Virus record (IMG/VR): IMGVR_UViG_3300023109_003296
Span: 1-64,000 of that record
Reading direction: 5' to 3' (one strand)
From: a virus
DNA: 64,000 nucleotides
Shown in pieces: positions 9,744 to 17,767 of the stretch (position 1 is the stretch's first letter; the number at the start of each line of letters is the position of its first letter). The notes under the pieces are model-generated. The model was not told the DNA's origin. It saw nothing but the letters and a program-made list of their open reading frames with translations, and did not search any database. The position numbers and the translations under genes are program-made.

Positions 9744-11420
9744 ATGATATACAATATAAAAGAATTCGAACCTGATTTTAATCATGATTTAGATGATTTA
9801 AACTCACAGGGTACAGGTAGTGGAGTCCACAAAAAAGAGGATGTAGAAGTCGTATTCAACATAATGGATAGAGATGGCTATTTATTGAAAACAAAACAAG
9901 ATGTTATAGATAGTAAATTTTGTAGCGCTATAGTTTTTGATATCGCTGATAAAAATGGAACTATAGTAGAGCCAAATTTTCAAAGCGGAATAGATAATAA
10001 AATAATTATAACAAAAACTCAGAACGAATTGATATTTGGAGATTATCAAAAAGATTTTGGCATTAAAGCCACAGTCATAGATGATACGAGTTTGTATACG
10101 CCATCTGGTTACCTAGCTTTATATGGAAATAATTTAGAAATAAAAAATGTAGAGACTATAGATAGCAGCGGAACAACAAAAAACACAGAACCTAACGGTG
10201 TTTATTTGAGCGGAAATCTACAGCCGTCTGGTTATATATATAGCGGTAAATTATATGGGTTGGACGGTTATGATCTTCCTTTGAAATATGGAGCATCTGG
10301 AAATGTAACTCACGAAGGATCTGATTATCTTTGGGAGGCATATTTATCTTGGGAAACTCAGCCTGAAGATTTGTCTGGATTTATTAGTTATGATAATTTT
10401 TCATCAGACATAAATACTTTTTCAGGCAACAACGGATCTTGGAACCTAGTAATAATGGACTACAGTCCAAACGAATCATTCCTTATAGCTTCTGGGTCAA
10501 AAGATTTTTACAATCCATTTGGTGCTTATATGGATTCACTGGGTAGTGGATATATAAAAGAGCGTTTAAATGAGCCTGAAATAATACCAAGTGGAAAAGA
10601 TACATACCCTTACAGAGGTATACCACAAGATAGGATAGATATTAAAGTAAATCTATTAAATAAAGCTGATTATACAGAATATTCACATATTGACATTTTT
10701 GCATACCAAGGAAAAGAAATAGACTTGAACGGTTTTACTTTTACAAAAAGAGTAGATAACTTAGAAGACTCTTCTTATTTGGCTTATGACGAAGGGCTTG
10801 GTCTGCAATACAATACAAAGACCTGGTTTCAGTATAAAGCTTATTCAGTATTGGGACCTGGGGAGACATGGATAACTGGCCCATTTGTAATGGAAAAAGA
10901 AATAGAACCTATTGAAAATATCAATAGTTCAAGTCAACTTAAGGTATCCTCGACTGAGAATGCTGCGGTAATAGACTTCAAGGAAAGAGAAGTTGATTAT
11001 GCTGTCTATTCTGGTTCGGGTATACTAGATAAAATATTCGTAAACCAAACCAGTCCTTACACACAAACAAATATATATGATTATCAAGAAGAAGGAATAA
11101 CAGAAGCATCTCCTGATTATTACAGCATGACAATAGATGAAAAAGGCAAGTGGAGAAACACCACTTTCGATTATACTTTTGAGTTTAGAGAAGAGAATGA
11201 TTTCTATTCTGTAGAAACAAGAAAAATAATAGTAACCCCAACTGGATCCTCTAAAGAGTCAGGTAATTATGGATACCCACTATTCAAAATAAAAGATGAT
11301 TTTGAATCTGGTAATAGTGTTAATTTTAGTTTAGAATATTTTGATAGCGGGTTCATGTTGCTATGCAACACATCTGGAAACCCCTTTGATGTTTATAAAT
11401 ATTATAAAACTTCAATGTAA
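9744..11420 (+). CDS. Putative virion (tail-associated) protein, acidic and Ser-Gly rich
   Basis: 558-aa ORF directly after gpJ; no recognisable motif. Confidence 0.55.
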   Translation: MIYNIKEFEPDFNHDLDDLNSQGTGSGVHKKEDVEVVFNIMDRDGYLLKTKQDVIDSKFCSAIVFDIADKNGTIVEPNFQSGIDNKIIITKTQNELIFGDYQKDFGIKATVIDDTSLYTPSGYLALYGNNLEIKNVETIDSSGTTKNTEPNGVYLSGNLQPSGYIYSGKLYGLDGYDLPLKYGASGNVTHEGSDYLWEAYLSWETQPEDLSGFISYDNFSSDINTFSGNNGSWNLVIMDYSPNESFLIASGSKDFYNPFGAYMDSLGSGYIKERLNEPEIIPSGKDTYPYRGIPQDRIDIKVNLLNKADYTEYSHIDIFAYQGKEIDLNGFTFTKRVDNLEDSSYLAYDEGLGLQYNTKTWFQYKAYSVLGPGETWITGPFVMEKEIEPIENINSSSQLKVSSTENAAVIDFKEREVDYAVYSGSGILDKIFVNQTSPYTQTNIYDYQEEGITEASPDYYSMTIDEKGKWRNTTFDYTFEFREENDFYSVETRKIIVTPTGSSKESGNYGYPLFKIKDDFESGNSVNFSLEYFDSGFMLLCNTSGNPFDVYKYYKTSM

Positions 11421-11421
11421 G

Positions 11422-11580
11422 TTATTTATTAATCATTTCATCAATAGACTTTAAAAAATCATCTCTAAGTTTACTTGGAACCTTTAAGTATTGCTTTTTG
11501 GTTCTTCTGTATACTCTTTTGGTGATTTCATCTCTTGGATTGATTATTCTTCTTATTTTTTTTGATGTGCTTCCGCTCAT
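11422..11580 (-). CDS. Small basic hypothetical protein (52 aa)
   Basis: Hand translation MSGSTSKKIRRIINPRDEITKRVYRRTKKQYLKVPSKLRDDFLKSIDEMINK*; ATGA overlap with 11577..12038. Confidence 0.6.
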   Translation of the reverse strand: MSGSTSKKIRRIINPRDEITKRVYRRTKKQYLKVPSKLRDDFLKSIDEMINK

Positions 11581-12038
11581 AATTTTGCAATAAATGTTGA
11601 GGAGTCTTTCAAGAACCCCAGTTTTTTATAAAACGATTCGTTTTTTTTACAGTTTTTTGTTTTCTCTACGCTAGATATTGATATGTATTCAAACCCCTTT
11701 TCTCTTGCGAAATCTATAGCCTTCTTAAGTAATTTATATCCAACTTTTGGATTTTTAGACAACCAAACAAACTCAGAAAAAATACTTGTATTGAATTTAG
11801 CATTTTTATCATTAACAAAAATTACTACAGCATCGTATTTACCTTCAACGTTCTTGTTAGCCCACACAAACACATCCCATTGAAGTAAGGATGGGTGACC
11901 TATATTTCTAACTATAGACTCTTTGTCATGAGTAAGACCACAGACATGAGACTCATGTTCGTTCTCTTCGCCAAACAAAGAGAAGATATCGTCAGCAAGA
12001 ATCTTAAACTTAGGTGCTGTTAATACTCTTTCTATCAT
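11577..12038 (-). CDS. GNAT-family acetyltransferase
   Basis: VGYKLLKKAIDFAREKG and FYKKLGF, GNAT motif A/B-like. Confidence 0.7.
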   Translation of the reverse strand: MIERVLTAPKFKILADDIFSLFGEENEHESHVCGLTHDKESIVRNIGHPSLLQWDVFVWANKNVEGKYDAVVIFVNDKNAKFNTSIFSEFVWLSKNPKVGYKLLKKAIDFAREKGFEYISISSVEKTKNCKKNESFYKKLGFLKDSSTFIAKL

Positions 12039-12856
12039 TTAGAAATAATACTTATTAATTTTCTAGCTTCTTTGGCGGAAATGTCTGCAAAACCATTCCA
12101 GTTTTTAACGTCCTCATTTAAATATTTTTCAGACTTCCATAGATCCCTTAAAAGCTCTTTGAATGATTCGAAGGACTCCACGCTATGCTTTTCCTTCAAT
12201 GTCTTCTCAAGCAAGCCAGAAGGCGTTATGGGAGCATTGCTGGATGGTTGAGTGAGAGTTGAGCTTTGGCTCTGCGTCGATCTATTAACAGACTTATCAA
12301 TCTCATCAGCACCGACAATATTAATGTTTAAAAAGTTGCGAATACAACGAACAAAAGCCCTGTTACAAGCGATGGTTTCAAGAAACTTGTAGCAGAAGTC
12401 GTCTGTGTTTTCTGATGTAGCATTAGCGACATCCTCATAAAGAACATGCTCGTTATTGCTTTCGTAATTAGGAGACCATGTTATACAACACTTTGCTGTC
12501 ACATAATCACCTTCTGTTGTCGTATCAAACTCAACGCTATGAAAACCCCTCAAACGAGCAAGGTCCTTTATACCACCAAGCATAATTAAAAGCTGATTGT
12601 CTCTAAGTCCCTCTGTAGAGCTAGGAACTTGTTGCCCCCTCATATCAAACCAACCCTTATTTGGATAAAGAAACTCAGGCTTGATCATAGCCCTCCAATT
12701 CACAGAACCGTCCTCGTTAAAAACGTAGTCTACAGATTCAAGAAGACCATGATTGTCTCTTTTATAAACATCTGGGCCAAAAACTTTTTTAGCTTCTGTT
12801 TTTGTTTTTGTAGTTGTTTTCTTTGCGGTTTTTTTCTTAGTTGTTTTCTTGCTCAT
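12035..12856 (-). CDS. Putative single-strand annealing (Rad52/Red-beta-like) protein
   Basis: ETIACNRAFVRCIRNFLNINIVGADEI resembles the A-x-x-RA-x-x-R...EE helix of phage annealases; low-complexity linker, then small C-terminal domain. Confidence 0.4.
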   Translation of the reverse strand: MSKKTTKKKTAKKTTTKTKTEAKKVFGPDVYKRDNHGLLESVDYVFNEDGSVNWRAMIKPEFLYPNKGWFDMRGQQVPSSTEGLRDNQLLIMLGGIKDLARLRGFHSVEFDTTTEGDYVTAKCCITWSPNYESNNEHVLYEDVANATSENTDDFCYKFLETIACNRAFVRCIRNFLNINIVGADEIDKSVNRSTQSQSSTLTQPSSNAPITPSGLLEKTLKEKHSVESFESFKELLRDLWKSEKYLNEDVKNWNGFADISAKEARKLISIISK

Positions 12857-13997
12857 AAATATAAAAGTAATCTAATTCTTCCCAATAACTAATATTATCC
12901 AATACATTATTGTCAGAGTCAATCTTTTTCTTCCAATGAGCTAAAGATTTATAAGCTTTATCACCTTCTACAACTGTTTTAAAAGATATAAATTTATCAT
13001 TAAGGTCAATATCAGAAGGTTTTTCTTTTATTAAGTCAACGTATTCAACATTCTGTTCAAAATAATCCAATCTTAATTCATCCAGTATGTCTTTATTGCT
13101 AGTCAAAAACAAAAATTCTATTTCCATTTTTTTGAGCAAATCAAAATAGGCTTCTGGTATTTGTTCTGGCATGACAGTAGCCCTGAAGATTATTCTCTTT
13201 ATGTTGTTGCTTATTTTTCTTAAAGTTTCTGGAGACGGCAAAAAATCTTTAGTGATTAAATTGCATGGGTGATGAGCGCAATAAAGAAATAGGGCTTTCT
13301 CATCAACGACACCTTGATCTAACCTTAGGTTGATAACATTCCTATCAAACAAAGAAGATCTTACATAATTAGTAGGTATCACATCTACTTGAAAATGTTT
13401 TGTTTTATTTCTTCTTTTGGTTTTAAAATTTAAATCGAAATCACCTTTGAAGCCTAGAGATTTTATAATTGATGAAGCAATATCCTCCACTTTAATTGTA
13501 TTGATCGAATCTTTTGGGTCTATCAAACCCAGGCATGGTTTTTTATCCCACTCTGGCTCAATATCAATTTTGTTCTTCTTGTTGGACCAATATGAAGTAG
13601 TTATTGATGAGTATATATTACCATACAGATTAACAATAGGGACCCCACACGAACTAGCATACTGAGTTAGTGCATTATCTACCGAAATAAAAGCAGAAGC
13701 CTTAGAGATAACATAACAGTTTTTCCTGAACGATAGATTTGGATAATAGTAATCAGCACCTTCAATTAATTTTTTATCAGAACCAATGACAACAATTTTG
13801 TAACCATTGGAATGAAGAACTTGTTTAATTAAACCTATGACTATTTGATAATACTCATAGTTTTTTGATTGGATGTCCCTCTCATTATATAAGACAATAA
13901 ATTTATCGGGAGCAATAGGGTAAAAGTGCTTATTGACAATCGGCTGGCTTGGCTCAACGCCAAGGTTTTTAGAATATTCTTTTAATAAATGTGGCAT
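12837..13997 (-). CDS. GT-B glycosyltransferase, GT9 (heptosyltransferase)-like N-terminal part
   Basis: SKNYEYY...IVVIG...ISKASAFISVDNALTQYASSCGVPIVNLYG; probable start ATG 13997, just after the upstream stop. Confidence 0.6.
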   Translation of the reverse strand: MPHLLKEYSKNLGVEPSQPIVNKHFYPIAPDKFIVLYNERDIQSKNYEYYQIVIGLIKQVLHSNGYKIVVIGSDKKLIEGADYYYPNLSFRKNCYVISKASAFISVDNALTQYASSCGVPIVNLYGNIYSSITTSYWSNKKNKIDIEPEWDKKPCLGLIDPKDSINTIKVEDIASSIIKSLGFKGDFDLNFKTKRRNKTKHFQVDVIPTNYVRSSLFDRNVINLRLDQGVVDEKALFLYCAHHPCNLITKDFLPSPETLRKISNNIKRIIFRATVMPEQIPEAYFDLLKKMEIEFLFLTSNKDILDELRLDYFEQNVEYVDLIKEKPSDIDLNDKFISFKTVVEGDKAYKSLAHWKKKIDSDNNVLDNISYWEELDYFYIYEQENN

Positions 13998-13998
13998 G

Positions 13999-15858
13999 TT
14001 ATTTTCCGTTATGAATGTAACAAGGTATTTTTTGTGTCGTTGTACATGGATAGTACGCAGCCTCAAAGAAACCTTCGTGTTCGCCAAAACCTTCTAGTGA
14101 TATTGGATTATCTAAAGCATTAGAATAAGGTATGCACCTATGAATATATGTGTTGTCTTCTATATATTCAAAATACTCAGGTTTTGTGAAAACATATATG
14201 TTGTGATTTTTGTGCTTCTTGCTTAAGTTTTTTATAAGAGAATTAAGCAATAGTAAATCGGTAGCAGAACCCTCTGCAACCACAGCAATCCTTTTCCCTT
14301 TGTCATCCTTTGAAAGAGTATCTTCAAAAGAGATAGGTTTTTTTAAGTTCTCTCTCTGAGCTATACTTATAAAATGATGATATAAAGAATTCTGATCTAC
14401 TTGACCATACATGATTTTTGAAAACCAAACTTGATAACCTTTGTTGTTTTCATCAATATCATCATTTAATATGTTTTTGTATAAATCTATGATAAAGTCT
14501 TTATTAGAAAGACCCTCTGGCATCTCGTAAAACTCGTTGTATTGTTGGTTTTTAATGTCTTCAGATTCATCCAAATAAGGAATTGAATCAATGATTTCCT
14601 CAAGCTGCTTGCCAATAACTTCGATAGAGAAGTTATCAATAACCCATTGCCTTGATTTTTTACCTTGCTTTTCTTTTTCTTTTACAGGCATGTTGTAAAC
14701 AGTATCTAGCATTTGCTTTATACTATCAGCATCAGTAGAGGCTTTGATAAACTGAGTACCAGGTTCTCTATATTCATGCCAACTTAGAGGCAGACCACCG
14801 CTCTCTTCAGAACAGCTGTCTTCACCGCAAGAGTAGTTTGTAACCAAGGTTATAAGCTCTGTGAGCTTCGCTTCTTGAACTGGTATTTCTTGCCCCCCAC
14901 TTGTAAATGGGTGACAGTATACATCCATCAAGTTGTAAACCTCGTTTAACTGAGACTCGGAAACACCTTTTGAAACACTAGTCGTCTCAGATTCTGTCTG
15001 ACCACAATGCTTACACTTCTGTTTCCCTTGGACAAAAGGTTTAATTTCATAACCCCCACAAGAAGAACAGAAGTATGTTGTTAGTATATCGTCGTTTAGT
15101 ATTCCTTTTTCTTCTAGTAATCTTGGTATGTCCCAACCTTCACCCCAGTGTGTGTGCAAAAGCAGTTTAGCTTTTTTGTTGTCTTTTTTAAATAGCTTAA
15201 AGCCATCTAAAATATTGGGCACTGATTTTCTCAACTGATTTCTAAAAACGAAGCCTATAATAAAATCATCTTCCTTAATTTTATTTTGATTTCTTAATTC
15301 TTCTCTAGACTTGTCATCAAGCCTATAAAAAGTATCCGTGTCTAACGAACCTCTAAGGGTTTTTATATGATCGTAACCATTTTTTTTAAATTCTTTTTCA
15401 GCGAATGAAGACCAAACATAATAATGTTTGAGTTTAGGAGCAAACTCTACAGCTTGAGGTAGTAGGGGTAAACTATCAAGAGTAGTCCAGATCATTGGAG
15501 TAACCTTATTCCACCAGGGTTTTTTATTAAAGTCAGTAAAAGCCCATATGTCTTCTATACCCATATATATATCTGGACGAACCTCTTGTACGATACTATC
15601 AATAGACAAACCGCCATAACCAGCAATACGTTTTTGCTCTTCAGGGAGAGATCCCATATTGTTTGGGACCGTGCCAAAACATTTCCACGGAAGTTTTTCA
15701 AGGGCAGGATCTCCAACCTGCCTCATGTTAGCCGCTTCGACTATGTTGTATTTGCCTGTCTTATACAGGTATTTTAAAATGTTCTTGCTGTTCTTGCCAA
15801 AGCCAGTAAAAGCCTTGCAGAAATTAGAATGTATTAATACTGTTTTTTTCTTTTCCAT
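13999..15858 (-). CDS. GT4-like glycosyltransferase with Zn-ribbon insert
   Basis: FTGFG, FRNQLRKS, LNEVYNLMDVYCHPFTSGGQEIPVQEA (EX7E-like), CSSC...CKHC; GT9-like tail RIAVV. Confidence 0.78.
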   Translation of the reverse strand: MEKKKTVLIHSNFCKAFTGFGKNSKNILKYLYKTGKYNIVEAANMRQVGDPALEKLPWKCFGTVPNNMGSLPEEQKRIAGYGGLSIDSIVQEVRPDIYMGIEDIWAFTDFNKKPWWNKVTPMIWTTLDSLPLLPQAVEFAPKLKHYYVWSSFAEKEFKKNGYDHIKTLRGSLDTDTFYRLDDKSREELRNQNKIKEDDFIIGFVFRNQLRKSVPNILDGFKLFKKDNKKAKLLLHTHWGEGWDIPRLLEEKGILNDDILTTYFCSSCGGYEIKPFVQGKQKCKHCGQTESETTSVSKGVSESQLNEVYNLMDVYCHPFTSGGQEIPVQEAKLTELITLVTNYSCGEDSCSEESGGLPLSWHEYREPGTQFIKASTDADSIKQMLDTVYNMPVKEKEKQGKKSRQWVIDNFSIEVIGKQLEEIIDSIPYLDESEDIKNQQYNEFYEMPEGLSNKDFIIDLYKNILNDDIDENNKGYQVWFSKIMYGQVDQNSLYHHFISIAQRENLKKPISFEDTLSKDDKGKRIAVVAEGSATDLLLLNSLIKNLSKKHKNHNIYVFTKPEYFEYIEDNTYIHRCIPYSNALDNPISLEGFGEHEGFFEAAYYPCTTTQKIPCYIHNGK

Positions 15859-16316
15859 TATTTTTGAATTGGATTAAATTCAAACACCTTGTTTAATACG
15901 AACTTAAAGTATTCACAAAGGGCGTATGCCTCAGATGTTTCTAGACCCATGCCAAATTTGTTTGATGAGTTTCTAGAGAGCGTAAAAGAAAAAGCTTTAG
16001 TGCCATCCTTTTTTTGATAAGGAACCAGAGAAATACTAGTTTTATTACCATCAAAACTATGGAAGGTGCTATATTTTTCATAGTTTTCTATAGCATAAAT
16101 AAAACCACCTACCTCAAATTCATTGAACTTAACTGTAGCAGACTTGTCTGGATCCTTTGCGTTGGCGGAAAAAGAACCGCTTCTCTTCTTAGCATCCCAA
16201 GAAGACTGTTTCACAGCTGTCATATATAAACATGGTTTTTCAGATTTCCCTTGAGTACCAATTCTAAAGCCGAAAGCCGTACCTGTGTTTTGAGAGTTTG
16301 GTTTATAAAATTGCAT
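15858..16316 (-). CDS. Whirly-like ssDNA-binding protein (putative)
   Basis: Motif order FYK...W..K...KF...EVG..I...FH...F.L...EAYALCEYFKFVL parallels the plant Whirly domain as I recall it. Confidence 0.5.
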   Translation of the reverse strand: MQFYKPNSQNTGTAFGFRIGTQGKSEKPCLYMTAVKQSSWDAKKRSGSFSANAKDPDKSATVKFNEFEVGGFIYAIENYEKYSTFHSFDGNKTSISLVPYQKKDGTKAFSFTLSRNSSNKFGMGLETSEAYALCEYFKFVLNKVFEFNPIQK

Positions 16317-16369
16317 TTTGTTATTTAGAATTATATTAAATAAAGAATGTCGTTTTTCTAGTTATTTAT

Positions 16370-17440
16370 TTAAAGAATTTTAGTTGGGCTTCTGCATATT
16401 TTCTTGAATTCTTTTTGTATGTCTTTGTAAAAAGGCATCGATTCAAAGCACCACTCTAGGTTAGTGAAGCACTGCAGCAACTCAACCATTTTGTGTTGCC
16501 TTTTGTTTTCGTAAACGCATTGCTCTACAAGAAACTCGCTAAACTTTCTATACATAAAAATACAACAAGCGGCTTTTAAACAAGATCTGAAAAAAGGTTT
16601 GCTGGCATCATAATTTAAATCATGCATATCACAAAAAGTCTTAATCATATTATTAAACATCAGTTTATTAAAATTAAAATTCAAACATGTAAACGAAACA
16701 TCTAAAAAAGGGTTTCCACGAAAACAAAAATTAAAGTCTTCGGCTTTAAATAAGTTTCCATTGGTTGATATGTTTTTAAGATTTAAATCACCGTGACAAA
16801 ATGCATCACACTCAAAAACAGAAAAATCAAAAGATGAATAAAAATACTCTCTGATTGTTTTTAATATTAAATCGACAGACTCTTTAGAGTGGGCTGGATA
16901 TATATATTTTTCACTTATTTCTGGGATGGTATTTGGCAAGTCAAAGTGTTTAAAAACAAAATCCGCATAATCGATAAAAGAAGTTTCGCTTTTGAAGTTC
17001 ATCATAAGGGAACAACATTGGAGAAACATCCATCTTTTTTCATATATAAAAGAAGATCCGACATCCTCTAAAGAGACACCTCTATCAACTTCGTGTATTA
17101 AATATAAAATGTCTTCTCCGATTTTGTGAATACCAGAACTAACATATTTAGGGAGCATTGTAGACTTGTTGTTTTTTAACAAATTAGACTCGTTCTTTAA
17201 TAAAAAGTTATCTTTATCAAAGGAGAGTTTTATACAATATGTTTTATTATCAGTCTCTACAAGAAAAGAATCAAAATCTAAATTAGAATCAGCTGGGGTT
17301 ATATTCAATACTTTTTCATTGATCTTGTCTTTCTTAAACAATTGATCAGAGACTTCAAAATATAGATTATTATTATCCGAAGTCAATCCTTCTAATTCAG
17401 AAAGAAATAGTCCGTTGTTAAAGTATTCTTTATCTATCAC
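16370..17440 (-). CDS. APH/choline-kinase-like phosphotransferase
   Basis: YCIK, HGDLNLKNI (Brenner motif), EDF...GNPFLD. Confidence 0.7.
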   Translation of the reverse strand: MIDKEYFNNGLFLSELEGLTSDNNNLYFEVSDQLFKKDKINEKVLNITPADSNLDFDSFLVETDNKTYCIKLSFDKDNFLLKNESNLLKNNKSTMLPKYVSSGIHKIGEDILYLIHEVDRGVSLEDVGSSFIYEKRWMFLQCCSLMMNFKSETSFIDYADFVFKHFDLPNTIPEISEKYIYPAHSKESVDLILKTIREYFYSSFDFSVFECDAFCHGDLNLKNISTNGNLFKAEDFNFCFRGNPFLDVSFTCLNFNFNKLMFNNMIKTFCDMHDLNYDASKPFFRSCLKAACCIFMYRKFSEFLVEQCVYENKRQHKMVELLQCFTNLEWCFESMPFYKDIQKEFKKICRSPTKIL

Positions 17441-17451
17441 TTTAGTATTAT

Positions 17452-17483
17452 AAAAAAAGGCCTAGGTATTTCTACCTAGGCCT
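17452..17483 (-). terminator. Rho-independent terminator
   Basis: Perfect 11-bp inverted repeat AGGCCTAGGTA-tttc-TACCTAGGCCT followed by a U-run on the minus strand, downstream of 17505..17729. Confidence 0.8.
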
Positions 17484-17504
17484 GGTGTTTGGTTTTAATT
17501 AATT

Positions 17505-17729
17505 CTAAGATACTCCAATCTTGGTCTCTCTCAGTTTGAGACCTGAGAGACTTGTCTTTGCAAGCTTACGGTTACCCTTTTTATTTCTATCATATACAGT
17601 CACATACTGAGGACTCTCAGAAACAAATTGTGCGTTCAGGGATTCGCCAGCCTTCGTATAGAGACCGAAGAAGCGACCTTTACTGCTACGAATTGCTTTC
17701 ATGATCTTGTTTTGTTTTGTATTTGTCAT
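17505..17729 (-). CDS. Small basic hypothetical protein
   Basis: 74-aa ORF with its own promoter and terminator. Confidence 0.7.
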   Translation of the reverse strand: MTNTKQNKIMKAIRSSKGRFFGLYTKAGESLNAQFVSESPQYVTVYDRNKKGNRKLAKTSLSGLKLRETKIGVS

Positions 17730-17738
17730 ATGTTATGT

Positions 17739-17767
17739 ATATTAATATACATTGATTTTATTGTCAA
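17739..17767 (-). promoter_or_regulatory. Sigma70-type promoter
   Basis: TTGACA-17nt-TAATAT, 9 nt before ATG 17729. Confidence 0.65.
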
